A stretch of DNA of 64,000 nt from Bacteroidota bacterium (GTDB lineage Bacteria; Bacteroidota; Ignavibacteria; UBA10030; UBA6906). The translations under genes were made by a program, and so were the position numbers. This document shows, piece after piece, positions 20,084 to 29,946 of this stretch; within the stretch, counting starts at the first letter, position 1; each line of letters starts with the position of its first letter. Under the pieces are notes generated by a model, which was not told the DNA's origin, made no database searches, and worked only from the letters and a program-made list of their open reading frames with translations. The DNA lies in NCBI GenBank assembly GCA_035516035.1, contig DATJAS010000029.1, positions 14,434 to 78,433 of the forward strand. The letters are read 5' to 3'.

Positions 20084-21426
20084 CGTCCGTCGGCCCTGGG
20101 GCAAGACCGGTAGATCCATATCGCATCCTCGAGGTGAGGAGAGCGATTCGAGTCGCGCCCGGCGGAGTGCTCATCGCGGTGCTCATGGCCTGCTCCGCGC
20201 CTGCGGGAGCGCAGGATCTGGACTACCGCATATCGGCCGTGGACGAGGCTACGGCGTGGCACCTGAATCCCGCCACGCCGTACAATGCCGGAAACGCCAT
20301 CGTGCCCCAGCCCGTCCGGGGCAATACCGGCACCGCTGATGCCGCACTCGGGTATGGCATCTTCTCGACATCGCTCGGGTTCACCGCCGTTGCGAGCGAC
20401 ATCCAGCGGCCGGACTACCGGTTCGATGTCCGCGAGGTGGCGGTCGACCTCTCGCTCGGCGAGTCGTGGGACCTCCTCCTGGGAAAGAAAATCCTCAAGT
20501 GGGGAACGGGCTATGCGTTCAACCCGACGGGCGTGATCGAGCCCCAGCGCTCCCCCTCGGACCCCACCGACCGCCTCAACCAGAACGAGGGGCGGAATCT
20601 CGTGTCGCTGACCGGGTTCATCGGCAAAAGCTCGCTCACGGCGGTCTACCTGAACGATGCGGTGTATGCGCATTCCTCTCTGGCCTGGGGAAAGAACGAA
20701 ATCGCGCTTCGCGCGTACACGTTTCTCTCCGGGCTGGACCTCTCGCTCGTCGCTCACTACAGGGAGGGGGACAGGCTCGAACTGGGCGCCAACACCTCGT
20801 ACGTGGTCGGCAACGACCTCGAGCTTCACGGCGAGGTGCTCGCGAAACGGGGCTCCTCCATGCTGTACCATGCCATACTGCAGTCCGATGATCCCGCGCA
20901 GGAGTTCACCGCCTTTCCGTACGCGGCGGCCGACGATGATTCCCGTGAGATCTTCTGCAAGCTCCTGGCCGGGGGGCAGTTCACCTTCGCCAACGGCATC
21001 AACGTGGCGCTCGAGTACTACCACAATCAGGAGGGACTCACTCTCCGGGAATGGAAAAGGTGGATGAACTTCGTTAACTTTCAGGATGCCGTGCAAAGGG
21101 GAGCCGTCGCGGTGGACCCGTCGCTGATTGCCCCTTCGCGGCTGAATCTTCTCTGGTCGCTCCTCACGCTCTCACCGCGCGGTACCATGAGAGACTACGT
21201 GTTCCTCCGCGGAGCGTACGCGGAGGAGGGCTGGAGCTGCGAGGCCATCTGTTTCATGAATGCAGCCGACGCGAGCGTGGCCCTCATCCCGACGCTCACA
21301 TGGAAGGCCTCCGCTCCCGTCTCCGTCTACGCGCGGTACACCGGCTACCTCGGGAGCAACGGCTCGGAGTTCGGATCCCTCTTCACGACGTCCGGCCTCG
21401 GTCTCGGCATCGGAGTCCAGCTATGA
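20080..21426 (+). CDS. putative outer-membrane beta-barrel protein (hypothetical)
   Basis: Possible GTG start overlapping upstream stop. Signal-like LIAVLMACSAPAGAQ. Alternating beta-strand pattern. Start uncertain. Confidence 0.4.
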   Translation: MTSVGPGARPVDPYRILEVRRAIRVAPGGVLIAVLMACSAPAGAQDLDYRISAVDEATAWHLNPATPYNAGNAIVPQPVRGNTGTADAALGYGIFSTSLGFTAVASDIQRPDYRFDVREVAVDLSLGESWDLLLGKKILKWGTGYAFNPTGVIEPQRSPSDPTDRLNQNEGRNLVSLTGFIGKSSLTAVYLNDAVYAHSSLAWGKNEIALRAYTFLSGLDLSLVAHYREGDRLELGANTSYVVGNDLELHGEVLAKRGSSMLYHAILQSDDPAQEFTAFPYAAADDDSREIFCKLLAGGQFTFANGINVALEYYHNQEGLTLREWKRWMNFVNFQDAVQRGAVAVDPSLIAPSRLNLLWSLLTLSPRGTMRDYVFLRGAYAEEGWSCEAICFMNAADASVALIPTLTWKASAPVSVYARYTGYLGSNGSEFGSLFTTSGLGLGIGVQL

Positions 21427-22460
21427 ACAGGAAGGAGATCCTCCGCTCGCTGGCCTTCATGGCCGTGATCACGCTCGTGGTCGCCGCCGGGCTCACCTAC
21501 GCAAACCCGGCGAACTGGGCTAAGGTCCTCGTCTGTTCGCTCGTCTTCACGCTCTGCATCGGCAGCTCGATCCACGGGATGATTACGCTCGCCCAGCGCC
21601 GGCTCGCCGGGCTGGGGCAATGGGCGCGGCTTTCGGTGTTGTTCCTGATCTATCTTGTCGCAGGGTTCGCCGGGACGGAGATCGGGTATTTTCTCCTCCG
21701 TTCATTTCTCTACTCCGGGACGCTTGACCTAGGGAGCCACGTGCGGCTCCTCCTCTTCAATCTCGTCCTCGCGACGATATTCGGGAGCGTGGCGTTCGTC
21801 TACTATTCACTCCTGGGGCGGGCGTCGGCCATGGCGCGGACGCTCAGGGAGAAGGAGATCAACGAAGAGCGTCTGGAGCGTCTCCGGATGCGCGCCGAAC
21901 TCGACGCCCTCCAGGCGAAGGTGAACCCCCATTTCCTCTTCAACACGCTCAATTCGATCGCCAGCCTCATTTCCGAGAACCCGGCTGCCGCCGAGGCGAC
22001 CGTGGAAAAGCTCTCCGGGCTTTTCCGGTACACGCTCCAGCGCGGCCAGCAGGGCGATGTGGCGCTCAGCGAGGAACTGGAAATCGTCCGCACATATCTC
22101 GAGATCGAGAAAGTCCGGTTCGGCGACCGGCTCCGGTTCTCCATACGCGCGGGAGAAGGGGCGGGGGAGGTCAGGGTGCCCCCCCTCATCATCCAGCCTC
22201 TCGTGGAGAACAGCATCAAGCACGCGATCGCTGCCGACCCGGCCGGGGGATCGATCGAGGTGGATGCCGCGCTTGCAGGGAGTGCCTGCGTCATTACCGT
22301 GACGGACTCGGGGCCCGGGTTCGAGCCCTCCGAGGGAGGATTCGGCCTGAAGAGCATCAGCGACCGGCTCAAACTGGTGTACGGGGAGAGGGCGTCTATC
22401 GGGATCGCGCATGACGGGATCTCGTTGATCCGGATTTCGATCCCGGTGGATATGAAATGA
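21423..22460 (+). CDS. LytS/YehU-family sensor histidine kinase
   Basis: 4 TM N-terminus. His_kinase box LQAKVNPHFLFNTLNSIASLI, HATPase_c. ATGA overlap with upstream gene. Confidence 0.75.
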   Translation: MNRKEILRSLAFMAVITLVVAAGLTYANPANWAKVLVCSLVFTLCIGSSIHGMITLAQRRLAGLGQWARLSVLFLIYLVAGFAGTEIGYFLLRSFLYSGTLDLGSHVRLLLFNLVLATIFGSVAFVYYSLLGRASAMARTLREKEINEERLERLRMRAELDALQAKVNPHFLFNTLNSIASLISENPAAAEATVEKLSGLFRYTLQRGQQGDVALSEELEIVRTYLEIEKVRFGDRLRFSIRAGEGAGEVRVPPLIIQPLVENSIKHAIAADPAGGSIEVDAALAGSACVITVTDSGPGFEPSEGGFGLKSISDRLKLVYGERASIGIAHDGISLIRISIPVDMK

Positions 22461-23209
22461 CGATGCGACTGCGCGCGGTGGTCGTCGACGACGAAGAGCT
22501 TGCCCGAAAGCGCCTGGTGAAGCTCCTGCGCGCCTTCGGGAGCGAGATCGAGATCGCGGGAGAAGCGGCCCACGGGGAGGAGGCGGTGGGCGTGATCACC
22601 TCGACGCGCCCGGACGTCGTGTTCCTCGACGTGCAGATGCCGGGGTTCGACGGGTTCGAGGTGGCGCGCCGCCTCGAGGTGAAGCCCTTCATCGTATTCG
22701 TGACGGCGTACAACGAGTACGCCCTCCGGGCGTTCGAGGAGAACTCGATCGATTATCTCCTGAAGCCCGTCGAGCACGCGCGCCTGGAAAAGACCGTCGG
22801 GAAGTTGCGCCGGCTTTTTGGTGCCTCGTCGCTGCGGATGGACGCGAACGTTGAGAAAATGCTTGCGCGGCTCGCCTCCCCTCCCCCCGAGCGCATCAAG
22901 GTGACGCTGGGAGACAGGATCATCCTCGTGGACCTCGCCGACGTCGTCTATTTCGAAGCGAGGGAGAAGTATACCTATCTCCACACGCTGGAGAAAGAGT
23001 ACGCGATCGACGGGACGCTGGCGGATCTGGAGGGAACGCTGGGGGGAGGGAATTTCGTGCGGATACACCGGTCGTACATCGTCAACGTCCGCTTTATCCG
23101 GGAGATCGTCCGGTGGTTTGCCGGCAGGTACAAGGTGCGTCTCAAGGACGCACCCGGCACGGAGCTCGTCGTCTCCCGCGGCTACGCCGACGCCATTCGG
23201 AATCTCTGA
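22457..23209 (+). CDS. LytTR-family response regulator (REC + LytTR DNA-binding domain)
   Basis: REC (VVVDDEELARKRL...LDVQMPGFDG) plus LytTR (IHRSYIVNVRFIREI). ATGA overlap with the kinase. Confidence 0.85.
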   Translation: MTMRLRAVVVDDEELARKRLVKLLRAFGSEIEIAGEAAHGEEAVGVITSTRPDVVFLDVQMPGFDGFEVARRLEVKPFIVFVTAYNEYALRAFEENSIDYLLKPVEHARLEKTVGKLRRLFGASSLRMDANVEKMLARLASPPPERIKVTLGDRIILVDLADVVYFEAREKYTYLHTLEKEYAIDGTLADLEGTLGGGNFVRIHRSYIVNVRFIREIVRWFAGRYKVRLKDAPGTELVVSRGYADAIRNL

Positions 23210-23213
23210 CCTG

Positions 23214-24923
23214 TCACCTTCTTTTGAACACCCACTCCGGCGGCGCGAGCCGGTTGAGCGCATCGACGAGCGTCGGCGTCAGGATGTTTAACCCGACCTG
23301 GTACGAAGCGTTCGTCCACGCGAACCCGAATGGCGAGGACGCGGAGGGGGAAGCCCCGATGTTCCCGTACTCCGCCTGGACGTTGCCCGTCCTCTGCTCG
23401 ACGTCGAATTTCTCCGGGATGCTCCCCCCCTGCTGGACGGCGTTCTGCGTGATGGTGTAGAGCCACCGGTACGCGAGCCGCCGGGCGATGTTGTCGTATC
23501 CGTAGTCGACAAGGCCCTGCCACAGGAGCATCTGGTGCGGCGCCCAGCCGTACGGGTAATCCCACTGACAGGCCGGCCGCGCGTCGTTGAGGGGCCCGCG
23601 GGAGACGAGCGCCGACGAGGCGATCCCGCCGGGAACCTCAAGCAGCGGGAGTACTCCCTGCAGCACCCGCCTGGCCTGTTCCTTCGTCGCTGCCCCGGCC
23701 CAGAGGGGATAGAACGTCGTCGCGCTGATGTACCTGGTCTGTTTCCCGTGGACGAAGTCGTAGTCGAAGTACATCCCCAGCTCCGCGTTCCAGAGGTACC
23801 GGTCGATCAGTTCCCGTCGCCTTGCGGCGCGCTCCTTCCATGAATCCGCTTTCGCAGTGGAGCCGTCATTCAGGCGGAGCGTGCCCTCGAATTCCGTGGC
23901 AAGCGCGGCCGCGACGTCCGACTCGATCTTGTAGAGGAGCGAATTCAGATCGACGGTGACAAGGTCCGCGCAGCAACCGATCAGGCGGTACGTGGAGTCG
24001 TGGCCCGATTCCCGCATGGCGCGGTCGTGGACGAAATAGGCGTCCAGCGCCCTGTCCTCGAGCTGCCGCGAGCGGTAAAGCTCCCTGAACAGCTCGAGCG
24101 TCATTCCCCTCCGGAGCGCGTGCGGGGCAAGATACGCGTCGAAGTGACCGCGCTCCGCCTCAAGCGGCATCCCCGTACCGGCGTCGAAGTACCTGCTCAG
24201 CCCCGTTTCCGTCCGCCGGTCGAGATTCATCCAGACCCTGTGATATTCGCCGATGGCCGCATCGATGACGTCCGCGAACCACGCCTTGTTCTCCGCGGTG
24301 CGGGGAAGCCGGCCGTAGCAGGCGAGTGCCATCGATGTCAGGAAGGGGGGCTGCGAGCGCGTGAGGTAATACGTCCTGTTCGCGTTCAGGATCGCACCGT
24401 AGTGCCTGATCTCGTAGACGAAGTTGTCGACGATGGCGCGGGCGAGGTCGATCCTGCCGTCCTTCAGGAGCCCGAGGAGTATGAAGTAGCTGTCCCACCC
24501 GTACATCTCGTTAAACCGCCCCCCCGGTACCACGAACGGCCGGCCGTCGGACCCCCGGGGTGACGAATCCGCGAGTCCCAGCGCCAGTATGCCGTTCGTG
24601 CCGTTGAGCCCTCGGATGAACTCTGGCGTGACCACCTCCGGGAGGACCACCATGCGGAGGTTCCACTCGGGGTGGCTTTCCGCGAGGTGGCCGAAATAGC
24701 GGGCCGATTCCGGATCGTCCCGCGGCACGTAGATGTACCTGACGTCGTCGTGCGACGGCGTCTTTTCATCTTCCAGCACCGCCGGGAGACCCTGGGCGTC
24801 GATCGTACGCGTGAGGCCGTCCCAGAATTCCTCCCGGATGTGACGCGAGATCCGCTGCACCGGTTTCTCGAACAACCTGTCGGCGTCAAGCTCCGCCGTC
24901 GCGACTTCCCCCTCGTTCATCAT
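23214..24923 (-). CDS. treA: alpha,alpha-trehalase (glycoside hydrolase family 37)
   Basis: Trehalase signatures PGGRFNEMYGWDSYF and QWDYPYGWAPHQ. Confidence 0.85.
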   Translation of the reverse strand: MMNEGEVATAELDADRLFEKPVQRISRHIREEFWDGLTRTIDAQGLPAVLEDEKTPSHDDVRYIYVPRDDPESARYFGHLAESHPEWNLRMVVLPEVVTPEFIRGLNGTNGILALGLADSSPRGSDGRPFVVPGGRFNEMYGWDSYFILLGLLKDGRIDLARAIVDNFVYEIRHYGAILNANRTYYLTRSQPPFLTSMALACYGRLPRTAENKAWFADVIDAAIGEYHRVWMNLDRRTETGLSRYFDAGTGMPLEAERGHFDAYLAPHALRRGMTLELFRELYRSRQLEDRALDAYFVHDRAMRESGHDSTYRLIGCCADLVTVDLNSLLYKIESDVAAALATEFEGTLRLNDGSTAKADSWKERAARRRELIDRYLWNAELGMYFDYDFVHGKQTRYISATTFYPLWAGAATKEQARRVLQGVLPLLEVPGGIASSALVSRGPLNDARPACQWDYPYGWAPHQMLLWQGLVDYGYDNIARRLAYRWLYTITQNAVQQGGSIPEKFDVEQRTGNVQAEYGNIGASPSASSPFGFAWTNASYQVGLNILTPTLVDALNRLAPPEWVFKRR

Positions 24924-24938
24924 GGTTCCCCCCCTCCT

Positions 24939-25328
24939 CTACTGTCGCTCCGCCCGGTCCGGGACGTTTCTCCCGAAATACCGGCCTGTTCTTTCAAGAA
25001 CCGCCAGAGTTTCATCCCGGGTCTCTCCCCATTCCCCCGGGCCCGGGTACCGGAGTTTCTCCCCTGCGTGCAGCATCTCGTTCTTCAGTCTCTCAATTCG
25101 CCCGATCTCCTCGAATATCGCTTTCTTGGCGTCGATCCTCGAGTGCCCGGCTGCCTGCGCGAGCCGGTCCAGCTCCGCGTTCATTGCCCTGAGAGACCTG
25201 AAGAGGGCCCGCGAGAGCGATTCCTGTTCGAGTGCAACCGACTCCTCCGGCCGGCAGACCCAGAGCCGAAGGAGTGAAAGAGCCGAGACCGGACCCGCAA
25301 GAAAGTTGATTGCACCCCAGGCATCCAT
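24939..25328 (-). CDS. hypothetical coiled-coil protein
   Basis: ORF in the gap between trehalase and decarboxylase, same strand. No recognisable motif. Confidence 0.3.
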   Translation of the reverse strand: MDAWGAINFLAGPVSALSLLRLWVCRPEESVALEQESLSRALFRSLRAMNAELDRLAQAAGHSRIDAKKAIFEEIGRIERLKNEMLHAGEKLRYPGPGEWGETRDETLAVLERTGRYFGRNVPDRAERQ

Positions 25329-25372
25329 GTTCCCCCCAGTGCCGTGGAACAGGTGAGCATGTGAGCAATCAA

Positions 25373-25397
25373 GCGGAATCTTCTCCCCCCGCAATCG
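25373..25397 (-). terminator. hairpin downstream (3') of decarboxylase gene
   Basis: ttctcccc ccgcaat cggggagaa 8-bp stem. Confidence 0.35.
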
Positions 25398-25467
25398 GGG
25401 AGAATGTGTAATTAGGCCCCTCGCGCCTTCCCTGCAGGCCATCGCGTCAACTACCTAGGGCGTTCAG

Positions 25468-26967
25468 TCAGCGCGGCGGCATCTCTCTTTCGACCTCTTT
25501 CCCCGTCTTTACGACAAGATCGGGGAGGACGAGGAGATCCTCCCGCGTCGTCCTGAAATTGACGATACAGGCTCGGATTGCGTATTTCCCGCTTACGAGA
25601 GCGTTTGACGGGTAGACGCGCCCCCCTGCCTGCAGCCGCGCGAGTATCTCCGTATTCAGTGTATTAAGGTACTCGTCACCTGGTTTTGCCCGCAGGCGCG
25701 CCGGCGCGTACCGGAACGCGGCGATGCTGAGGTTGCTTGCCAGCGGCTCGATCTCGGGCCAGCGCTCCAGCGATTTGAACAACGTGGCTGCTAACGCGCA
25801 GTCGTCACGTATCATTGTCTCGTAGCCGTCCCTTCCGGCCTGCCGCAGGGCCAGCCACACCTTGAGCGCCCTGAATCCCCGGGAGTTCTGGAGCCCCATC
25901 TCGTAGAAATTGATCGCCCCCTCGTCTGCGTGCTCGTCAAACCGGTAGTATTCCGGGTGATGGCTGAATGCGTCGATGAGCGCCTGCCCGCTCCGCACGA
26001 GCGCGCATCCCGCCTCGAGCGGGGCGTAGAGCCACTTGTGAGGATCGACCGCAACCGAATCTGCGAGGGCAATCGCCTTCAGGTCCGCGGACGCCTCCGG
26101 GAGGCAGGCGGCGAACCCGCCGTACGCGCCGTCGGCGTGGAACCAGAGGTTGTGCTCCCTGCAGGTTTCCGCGATTGCGGCAAGCGGATCGATCGCACCG
26201 GTGCTCACAGTCCCGGCGGCCCCCACGACCATGAGGGGGATGAGCCCGTTCTTCAGGTCCTCGTCGATCGCGGCGCGGAGGTCTCCTGCGCTCATCCGCT
26301 GATCTTCGCCCGCGGGGATCTTCCTGAGCGAAGCCTGGCCGAGGCCGAATAGCTCGACGGCCTTGTTGATCCACGTGTGCGTTTCGCTCGAACAGTAAAT
26401 CCGGAGAAGTGCGGACCGGGGGTCCGCTCCCCCCGCCACGCGCACGTCCCACGGCACCTTTGCTTTCCGCGCGGCCAGGAAGCAGACGAAATTCGCCATG
26501 TTCCCTCCGCTGACGAGTATCCCGCCGCACGTGGCGGGGTAGCCGATCAGCTCCGCGATCCAGCGGACTGTCAGCCGCTCGATCTCCGTGGCCACCGGGG
26601 AAAGGTCGTACGCCCCGACGTTCGGGTTGACCGCAGAGGCGAGGAAGTCGCCGAGTATCCCGATGGGGGCCGCCGGTGAAGTGATGTATCCCCAGAAACG
26701 GGGGTGGCCGTTGAAGAGCGAATGTTCAAACAGGAGCGTTGCGGAGGCATCGAGGAGTTTGCCGGCATCCTCGCCCCCTCGGGGGAGCGAGCCGCTCCCG
26801 AGAAGACGGCGGATCGCGGCGGGACCCTCGGCGCGCGTTACCGGATTTGACCTGTCGTGGAGCCAGTCCAGGAGACCGGCGATCCGTTCCACGAGCGCGT
26901 GGCCCGCATCGCGGAATTCGGCCGCGCTCATGTCGAGGGGTGCGCGGCGCACAGTATTCTCGTTCAT
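25468..26967 (-). CDS. PLP-dependent group II amino-acid decarboxylase (aromatic-L-amino-acid / tyrosine / DABA decarboxylase family)
   Basis: DPHKW PLP-lysine motif, HADGAYGG region, ~500 aa length. RBS GAGGAG upstream of internal Met. Confidence 0.8.
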   Translation of the reverse strand: MNENTVRRAPLDMSAAEFRDAGHALVERIAGLLDWLHDRSNPVTRAEGPAAIRRLLGSGSLPRGGEDAGKLLDASATLLFEHSLFNGHPRFWGYITSPAAPIGILGDFLASAVNPNVGAYDLSPVATEIERLTVRWIAELIGYPATCGGILVSGGNMANFVCFLAARKAKVPWDVRVAGGADPRSALLRIYCSSETHTWINKAVELFGLGQASLRKIPAGEDQRMSAGDLRAAIDEDLKNGLIPLMVVGAAGTVSTGAIDPLAAIAETCREHNLWFHADGAYGGFAACLPEASADLKAIALADSVAVDPHKWLYAPLEAGCALVRSGQALIDAFSHHPEYYRFDEHADEGAINFYEMGLQNSRGFRALKVWLALRQAGRDGYETMIRDDCALAATLFKSLERWPEIEPLASNLSIAAFRYAPARLRAKPGDEYLNTLNTEILARLQAGGRVYPSNALVSGKYAIRACIVNFRTTREDLLVLPDLVVKTGKEVEREMPPR

Positions 26968-27034
26968 CGTATCTCCTCTTCGAGTGTTGGGGATGCGTAA
27001 TCTATCGCCGCGTACGAGCAATTTCAACCGGAAA

Positions 27035-28231
27035 ATGGACGGGAAACTCTCTATATTCTCACCCGTGTCTGACGCGCTCTATGATATCGCCGTGATCGGT
27101 GCCGGCCCCTCCGGCGGCTATTTCGCCTACCTGGCGGCGAAGCAGGGGCACCGCGTCCTTCTCTGCGACAGGGCAGAATTCCCCCGCGAGAAGACGTGCG
27201 GAGGAGGGTTGTCGCAGAAGACGATCGACCTGCTGGAGTTTGACGTTGCCGACGTGGTCGAGCGGCGGATCAGGGGCGCCTGGCTCACGTACAGGAACCG
27301 CGACACGGTCGTGAAGGACCTGGGCGAGCGGAGCGGCATTGCGGTCCTCCGTTCGAGGTTTGACGCGCTGATCGTGGAACGCGCGCAGTCTGCTGGCGCG
27401 GAATTCAGATCTTCCTGCGCGTTCGTGGGCGCGCGGCGGACCGGCGACCTGGTTGATATTGCGACCTCGCGCGGATCGGTGAGAGCGCGGTACATCGTCG
27501 CGGCGGACGGCGTCTTCAGCCAGGTGCGCACGCACTTCTTCGGGACCGGCGTTACCGCCTATGCCCCGGCGGTGGAGGCATGGATCTATGTCCCTCCGCG
27601 CGTCATCGAGGCGTTCGAGGACCGGGTCGTGTTTGACTTCGGGGGGATGCCCCGGGGGTACGGCTGGATCTTTCCAAAGAAGGATCACCTGAACGTCGGC
27701 GTGTTTTCCATTTTCACGACACAGGAGATTAACGACCATCTTCGCGCATTCATCGCGCTGTACCCGGGACTGGGCGAGCCGACCGACATTAAATTCCGCG
27801 GGTATGCGATACCGCTCAGGAACCGGAAGGGATTGTACCAGGATGGAAACGTGTGGCTCCTCGGGGACGCCGCTGGGTTCGCGGAGTCGTTCTACGGCGA
27901 GGGGATCTATTTCGGACTCAAGAGCGCGACAATTGCGGCGGCCGCGATGCGCGAAGCGTTTGACCGCCCGCGGGATATGGCGTATACGCGGCGCCTGCAG
28001 CAGGAGATGCTGACGGAGCTTCATTACTCCGCGCTGAATGCCCGCCTCTTCTTTTCGTTCCAGAAGCTCGGGTTCTACAGGATGGTGCGTAACCCGTACG
28101 TGAATCGCCAGTTCGCGGAGCTCATCGCCGGGGGAGTCGGGCACAGGGAGTGCTTCTACCGGACGCTGGCGAGCCTTCCCTGGTGGGTGACCTCCTCCCG
28201 GTCTCTCCCCGTGGCGCACACCACGTTCTAG
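27035..28231 (+). CDS. FAD-dependent oxidoreductase, geranylgeranyl reductase family
   Basis: YDIAVIGAGPSGG dinucleotide-binding motif, GDAAGF motif. Start could alternatively be GTG at ~27065. Confidence 0.65.
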   Translation: MDGKLSIFSPVSDALYDIAVIGAGPSGGYFAYLAAKQGHRVLLCDRAEFPREKTCGGGLSQKTIDLLEFDVADVVERRIRGAWLTYRNRDTVVKDLGERSGIAVLRSRFDALIVERAQSAGAEFRSSCAFVGARRTGDLVDIATSRGSVRARYIVAADGVFSQVRTHFFGTGVTAYAPAVEAWIYVPPRVIEAFEDRVVFDFGGMPRGYGWIFPKKDHLNVGVFSIFTTQEINDHLRAFIALYPGLGEPTDIKFRGYAIPLRNRKGLYQDGNVWLLGDAAGFAESFYGEGIYFGLKSATIAAAAMREAFDRPRDMAYTRRLQQEMLTELHYSALNARLFFSFQKLGFYRMVRNPYVNRQFAELIAGGVGHRECFYRTLASLPWWVTSSRSLPVAHTTF

Positions 28232-28281
28232 CTCGCCCGCTCCATGGCGCGCGCCGCACGTGCAACGATTAACCCCTCTCC

Positions 28282-29841
28282 TTATCTCCCGATCTGTCTC
28301 CGTCTACCCTCTACAGCGGCGGCGAACAGGACCGCTGCCGCGGCCGCGAAGACTGCCGGCGATCCGGCGGCAATCGCCTGCTCTGTCGTTCCCATGAAAT
28401 CGAGCGCCGGGATGTGGTGCAGGGGCCCTGCGTACCAGAGCGCGACATACATCGCTTCGAACGTCCTCGCCGTGCCGCTCCAGACGCCGAGCGCCGCCGC
28501 AAGCGAAGGGATAAACAGTGCTCCCGCCCCGAGCGAAATGAGTGTTCCGGTATCCCCGGCCGCAGCCAGCCGGAATATGAGGCCCGAGGCCGCAATGAGT
28601 GCAACCGCGAATCCCGCCCCCCATACCGCCATAAACTGCCGGGCGAGCGGTCGCGGGGCGGAGAAGAGGATGCCTCCTGTCCTGTGGCGCGCCTCCCTCG
28701 TACCCATCTGTGACCAGAGTAGGACCGGCAGGAGCCAGAGGGACGGAAGGACGTCTGCTCGAACGGCATCGATGCTGAGTGTCAGGGAGGCAACCCAGAG
28801 CCCGGTCCCCGCAACGTACCACCACCAGGGTAGGCCCCACAGCATGAGCCGGGTCTCCGCCATGAGCATCCGGGAATATACCCAGGGGGCGGCGGCTGAA
28901 TCGAGCATCCTGCCTGCGACATTGGGGATGCCGCGCACGCGAGTGAGCCACGCACGGGAGGAGCGCGTCTTCTTCGCGCGCGAGTGTCTCTCGCCGCGGG
29001 CCGGAGCGAACCTGTCAAAGAAGAACCCCCCGGCGAGCGCAAGCGCCCCCGCGTAGAGGAGAGGCAGAGCCCTGCCCGCTGCCTCCGCGGCGTTCCAATC
29101 TATCCCTTCCCACCGGACGTCCGTCGTCTTCGCGTACCTGGTTGCGCTCGTCCCGATCGTGAAATGTCCGTCGTAGTCGGGGACGGCAGCCCTGACATCC
29201 GCCTGCAACCTCTCCATGGCGAGATTCAGCCCGTACACATCGAGCGCTCGTGAACCCGTCGCCATCGGCAGCATCAGGAGGAGCGTGAAAAGGAAGATAT
29301 AGAGAACAGTGCCGAACACGCCGCGGAGGAACCGCACGCATTCAAAAAAGACCGCCAGCGCTCCCGTGAATACCATCGCCGGGAGCGCCAGGAGGAGGAA
29401 CGGTGAAAGAAGCGGCCACACCTCGAAGCCCGTTCCTTCGAACGCCTGTATCAACATGCCTCCCGCGGCAAGTATGCACGTGACGGCGGCAAGCACGACG
29501 AAGTTGCTCAGCGCCTTCCCCAGCACGTACATCAGGCTGCTCATCGACGTTGCGGCCAGTATCTGCCCCACCCCGGTTTCCCGGTCGCGCGCGACCGCAT
29601 TGCTGACGACGTAGAACCCGACCATGCAGACAAACGTGATCGTGCAGAGCGCCATCATCATGCCCGTCCACGCCGACGTGGGGAGCGGGCGGGCCCGTCC
29701 CAGGTGAACGCCGACCGTCCCGCTGTCCACCAGGTATCCGAGGTAAAGCGTTGCCACGACCGTGACGAGAAAACTGTAGCGCCTCGTCCGTTCCAGCACG
29801 TCCGCCCTGACGAGCCACGCGAGCCCCCTCCAGCTTCTCAT
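28282..29841 (-). CDS. ABC-2 type exporter permease (polytopic membrane protein)
   Basis: ~10 predicted TM helices. Directly downstream of ABC ATPase on the same strand. RBS GAGGAGG before internal Met. Confidence 0.55.
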   Translation of the reverse strand: MRSWRGLAWLVRADVLERTRRYSFLVTVVATLYLGYLVDSGTVGVHLGRARPLPTSAWTGMMMALCTITFVCMVGFYVVSNAVARDRETGVGQILAATSMSSLMYVLGKALSNFVVLAAVTCILAAGGMLIQAFEGTGFEVWPLLSPFLLLALPAMVFTGALAVFFECVRFLRGVFGTVLYIFLFTLLLMLPMATGSRALDVYGLNLAMERLQADVRAAVPDYDGHFTIGTSATRYAKTTDVRWEGIDWNAAEAAGRALPLLYAGALALAGGFFFDRFAPARGERHSRAKKTRSSRAWLTRVRGIPNVAGRMLDSAAAPWVYSRMLMAETRLMLWGLPWWWYVAGTGLWVASLTLSIDAVRADVLPSLWLLPVLLWSQMGTREARHRTGGILFSAPRPLARQFMAVWGAGFAVALIAASGLIFRLAAAGDTGTLISLGAGALFIPSLAAALGVWSGTARTFEAMYVALWYAGPLHHIPALDFMGTTEQAIAAGSPAVFAAAAAVLFAAAVEGRRRQIGR

Positions 29842-29946
29842 GGAGCAGCCTCCTCGTGCGGCGAAAAGCCCGGCGCGGCGATTCCGCCGCGGGGGCACCG
29901 CGAGTCAGTCGTCATCATCCGGCCTCCGCTTTCACGTGCGAGGTCG

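Noticed and set aside
17561-20119. 852-aa minus-strand ORF spanning the ABC permease and LolA-like genes
   Set aside because: Antisense to three well-supported plus-strand genes with clear motifs. Composition-driven long ORF typical of high-GC DNA (Arg/Pro/Gly-rich translation, no motifs).
26588-27034. N-terminal extension of the FAD oxidoreductase ORF
   Set aside because: Extension is antisense to the decarboxylase gene and Arg/Ser-rich. The dinucleotide-binding motif begins right after the internal Met at 27035.
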